Shown here piece after piece: positions 60,866-64,000 of a stretch of DNA of 64,000 nt (the first letter of the stretch is position 1; every line of letters begins with the position of its first letter). The notes below the pieces were generated by a model. It was not told the DNA's origin. It was given only the letters and a program-made list of their open reading frames with translations, and made no database searches. The stretch is from Mobula hypostoma. Taxonomy: Eukaryota. The position numbers and the translations under genes are program-made. The stretch covers positions 62,932,001-62,996,000 of the forward strand of contig NC_086097.1 of NCBI RefSeq assembly GCF_963921235.1, in the 5' to 3' direction.

Positions 60866-63454
60866 GATTAGACTTGGCTAAAAACAGCCTTCTTCTAAAT
60901 GGGAAAATACATATATATTAAATGTGTGAATATTTTTCTGTATGTATGAGTACAACTTTCCTTTTATGGCTTATTTGTAAACCAACCTGATCACAATACA
61001 CTGAGGCTGCAAAATCAGTAGGACAGATTGAGTGTAATGTAACTGTCAACTGTTTACATGAAAAATCCCAGCTAATAGATTATCTTTCCCAACACCTTCT
61101 GTCCATATTGCATTTTAGCTTGACAGCTCATGTTACACTTGATGATGATCAATACTTCTCTTGATTACATATTTCCTGCAATATATTGGGCTAGTCAGGT
61201 TAATGTCACCTTGTTTCACTGGATAATATCCTTGCATTTAAATCAGGAAATTCTAGAGTCAAGAGCCACACTAAACCCAAATACATTTTCAAGACTGACA
61301 ATGTAGAAAATACTGCAGTATTCATAGACAGAAGAAGCTCTTAAAATTATGTTTTCTGAATTAAAATAATCTTTGTTAAAATTTAGTATTGTATGAATTC
61401 ACTAGATTAGGAGATGGGACATTGCAGAGGTGTTGGAGAGGCATTGGACTGGAAAGGAAGTTCTGGTATTATTTCAATATTTGTGAATATGCTGACAGGC
61501 CTGATCTTAAATTTCTTCATTGTGGAAATTCATTACAGAAGGATCACCATTTTCTAAAAAAGTTTGCAGTTCTGGGATCCTCTGAGTTAGGACATTGATC
61601 TGGAACAGCCAATGGATTTTATCTGCTTAATCATGGATCATGTTAGCACAAATGGGCTATAGGAAATATGGTAAGTGGAACATTTCAAGTCACACTTACT
61701 CTCATACCACTGGACCTTGTTTAGCATTAGACCTGCAGTCAATTGCTGAGACAAAGAAGATAGCTCTCATTGTTAGGTGGTCTCATAAGAGCAAGCTAAA
61801 CATGTGGTTATCTATTTTGTTATTATGACTGAGCAGCCCTCCACAATCTAATGATGTTTTCCCAAGTACAAACTCATTCAGTCTAATATTATACACAGGG
61901 TCCAAGTAACTTTATGTTCCCATGTTTCTTTCCTCCCTTTCTTTGAAAAATGTTTACTACACTCAAAAAATAAAGTCAAAAAGCTAACATCTTGTGACAC
62001 TGGGATTGATGGTCCTTCTCGGTGAATCATCATCACTCAAGAAGGATTACTCTGCCCTTCATAATAATGCTTTCTATATTCACCAATTTAACCCACCTCG
62101 GAGTCCTGTCACGCACTAAGAAGGACACAGCTCGGGAATGTTCCCAGTAGATGATGCTATGCTCTATCTCATCTCAGAGTGTGTCCTCATTCATTGTTTT
62201 GGGCACAGAGAAGGTGGGTCCATCACATAATCATTTGAAGACTCCAGTGTACAATGTTCATGGCACAACTGCCATCCAGAAATACAATCATAGCAGTTCC
62301 ATCAACAGCACGTCTCATTAATGGGCTTCGATTTTGTACAAATGTAGAATCACCTATATTAAAGTGGCAATCATGTTATTTCTCCTACTTCATCTGCTTT
62401 AAACACAATGTCTTGCTGAGCACTGTATTCATGAATTCCTAGTTCATTCTGACTGTCTGCCCATCAGCAAGCCAGCAGGTCTGTATTGTTGTAGCACATG
62501 CTGTATTCGGTTAATGCAGGCCACTTTGGTCTTCATTTAACTGCCTATGACCAGTTTCAGTCTGCCTTTCACAATTTGAACTGTCCAGATTGCCAAACCA
62601 TTTAAGTCTGGGTGGTATAGAGTCATTAACATTTTGTGTGGAAGATTTGGTACTATTGCCAGCATTATTTTAACTGAATGGCCCATTACATTACGTGGCT
62701 CCATTCCAAGTAGAATGTTCTAATCAGTGTCAGTACAATAGAGCACTAGTGTCCCGATATTACCAGAATGTTCAGCAGAGACAGTTTCCACATATTTTCC
62801 TTTCCTTATTTCCAGATAACTGTTGTCTACTGACCAGGGTGTCTATTTCCATTTCTAGTCCTCTTCCACCTCTGCTGAACAACTACCTCCCAAGTTAAAA
62901 CCCCACTTCCATTGCACCCAGAAACCAAATTATTTGGGCTGGGGAGTCTCCTCCTACACACTGACAACAACCAAGGTCAGGATCAAACCCATGTAAGGCA
63001 GCACTTCCAGAGTAGGTCTGAGAGGATAGAGGCAAGAAATGGACCTCGTAGTTTTGAATGAGCCCAAATGTATGACGGGAGTGTTGTATGACATTCGTGG
63101 TTATTGCTCCTTAGTGGGTGGTGATGACTGCCTTGTGGAAAGGAGAGGGATGGTAACTAAAGCAAGGTGGTTATATATAGAGAGATGATTGTTAGAAACC
63201 CAACTGAAATATTTTGCTATTTTGAAGCCAGAAATCCAGCAAGGCAGAGTGTGGAGGAACCATTCATACTGATCAGCAAGGAGGCTTGGTTAGACTTGTG
63301 GCTTCAATCATCAATTTGCACAGCATGACAGTGTAGAGATTACCTGTTCCACAGAGTGCCATCAACCTAAAATACAGAACTGTAAAGGCACTTATGAAAT
63401 TCTCTCTTTAAAAAAAACAGCAGATTCTATCATCTCAAGTAAAAATAGAAAATA

Positions 63455-63765
63455 AAGGATCATTCAGCTGCTTAGGCAGTATCTGTGGAAAGGGAAACAG
63501 AGGTAACACTGCAAATCAATGATCCTTCATCAGAACTGAGGCAATAAGGAGGCACCCATATGGAAAGTGTTCTTCATACCCTTACAACTTTACTTTACTG
63601 TATCCAACAACAAAGATAGTTTGGATACTGTGCTAAGCTGGCAGCTGTTATTCCTATGGAGAGAGGAATAGAGTTAACATTGCACATCCTTGTTTGTTTC
63701 TTCACAGATACAGACCTGCTGAATACCTCCAATATTTTCAACTATTATTTGTGATTTTCTGCAGA
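63455..63765. mobile_element. Ancient Penelope-like pLTR relics in both orientations
   Basis: GGCAGTATCTGTGGA...CCTTCATCAGAACTG (minus) and ACAGAT..GACCTGCTGAATACCTCCAATATTTT (plus). Confidence 0.5.
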
Positions 63766-64000
63766 AGAATTGTATCCTTTCCCTATCATTTCTGCCTTTT
63801 TTGTTTGGCTCTTTTGGTCTTCTCTCTTCTCCTGCACTTACTTCCACCTCATCATTTCATGTTGATTCCCTGCTTCTCAAGTAGTTTCACTCAGCTCTCC
63901 AATTCTTCAATCTTCCTTTGCTTTTCCACTATCCCCCTGCTGTCCCAGCCTTGAAAATCATCACACTTAATATTTATGTCTCTCATGGCATTGTCCAAGT

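Overview
This is eukaryotic, repeat-dense, apparently intergenic or intronic vertebrate DNA. The repeat families (CR1 LINEs, Rex1/Babar-type LINEs, Penelope-like elements with a GATGCTG...CAGCATCTGCAG terminal repeat) point to a cartilaginous fish, probably a ray; this is an inference. I found no convincing host gene exon, rRNA, true tRNA or CRISPR array. Almost every ORF over 100 aa is a retroelement fragment or its antisense shadow. Main observations: (1) a nearly complete Neptune-type Penelope-like element at 32030-35498 (-) with RT and GIY-YIG domains, an 8-bp flanking direct repeat and an intact minimal hammerhead ribozyme in its 3' pLTR, plus about 15 dispersed relics of that terminus and a second, Poseidon-type hammerhead family; (2) a class I endogenous retrovirus relic at about 39194-41761 with both LTRs, integrase, Env SU and TM motifs and a PPT, whose internal pol-env block is inverted; (3) an AviRTE-like RTE retrotransposon with a templated-filler deletion; (4) a Mariner-derived foldback element split by a CR1 insertion; (5) two solo LTRs with exact 4-bp TSDs; (6) a tRNA-derived SINE; (7) several local templated duplications. 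All calls come from reading the sequence by eye, so boundaries of degenerate elements are approximate.
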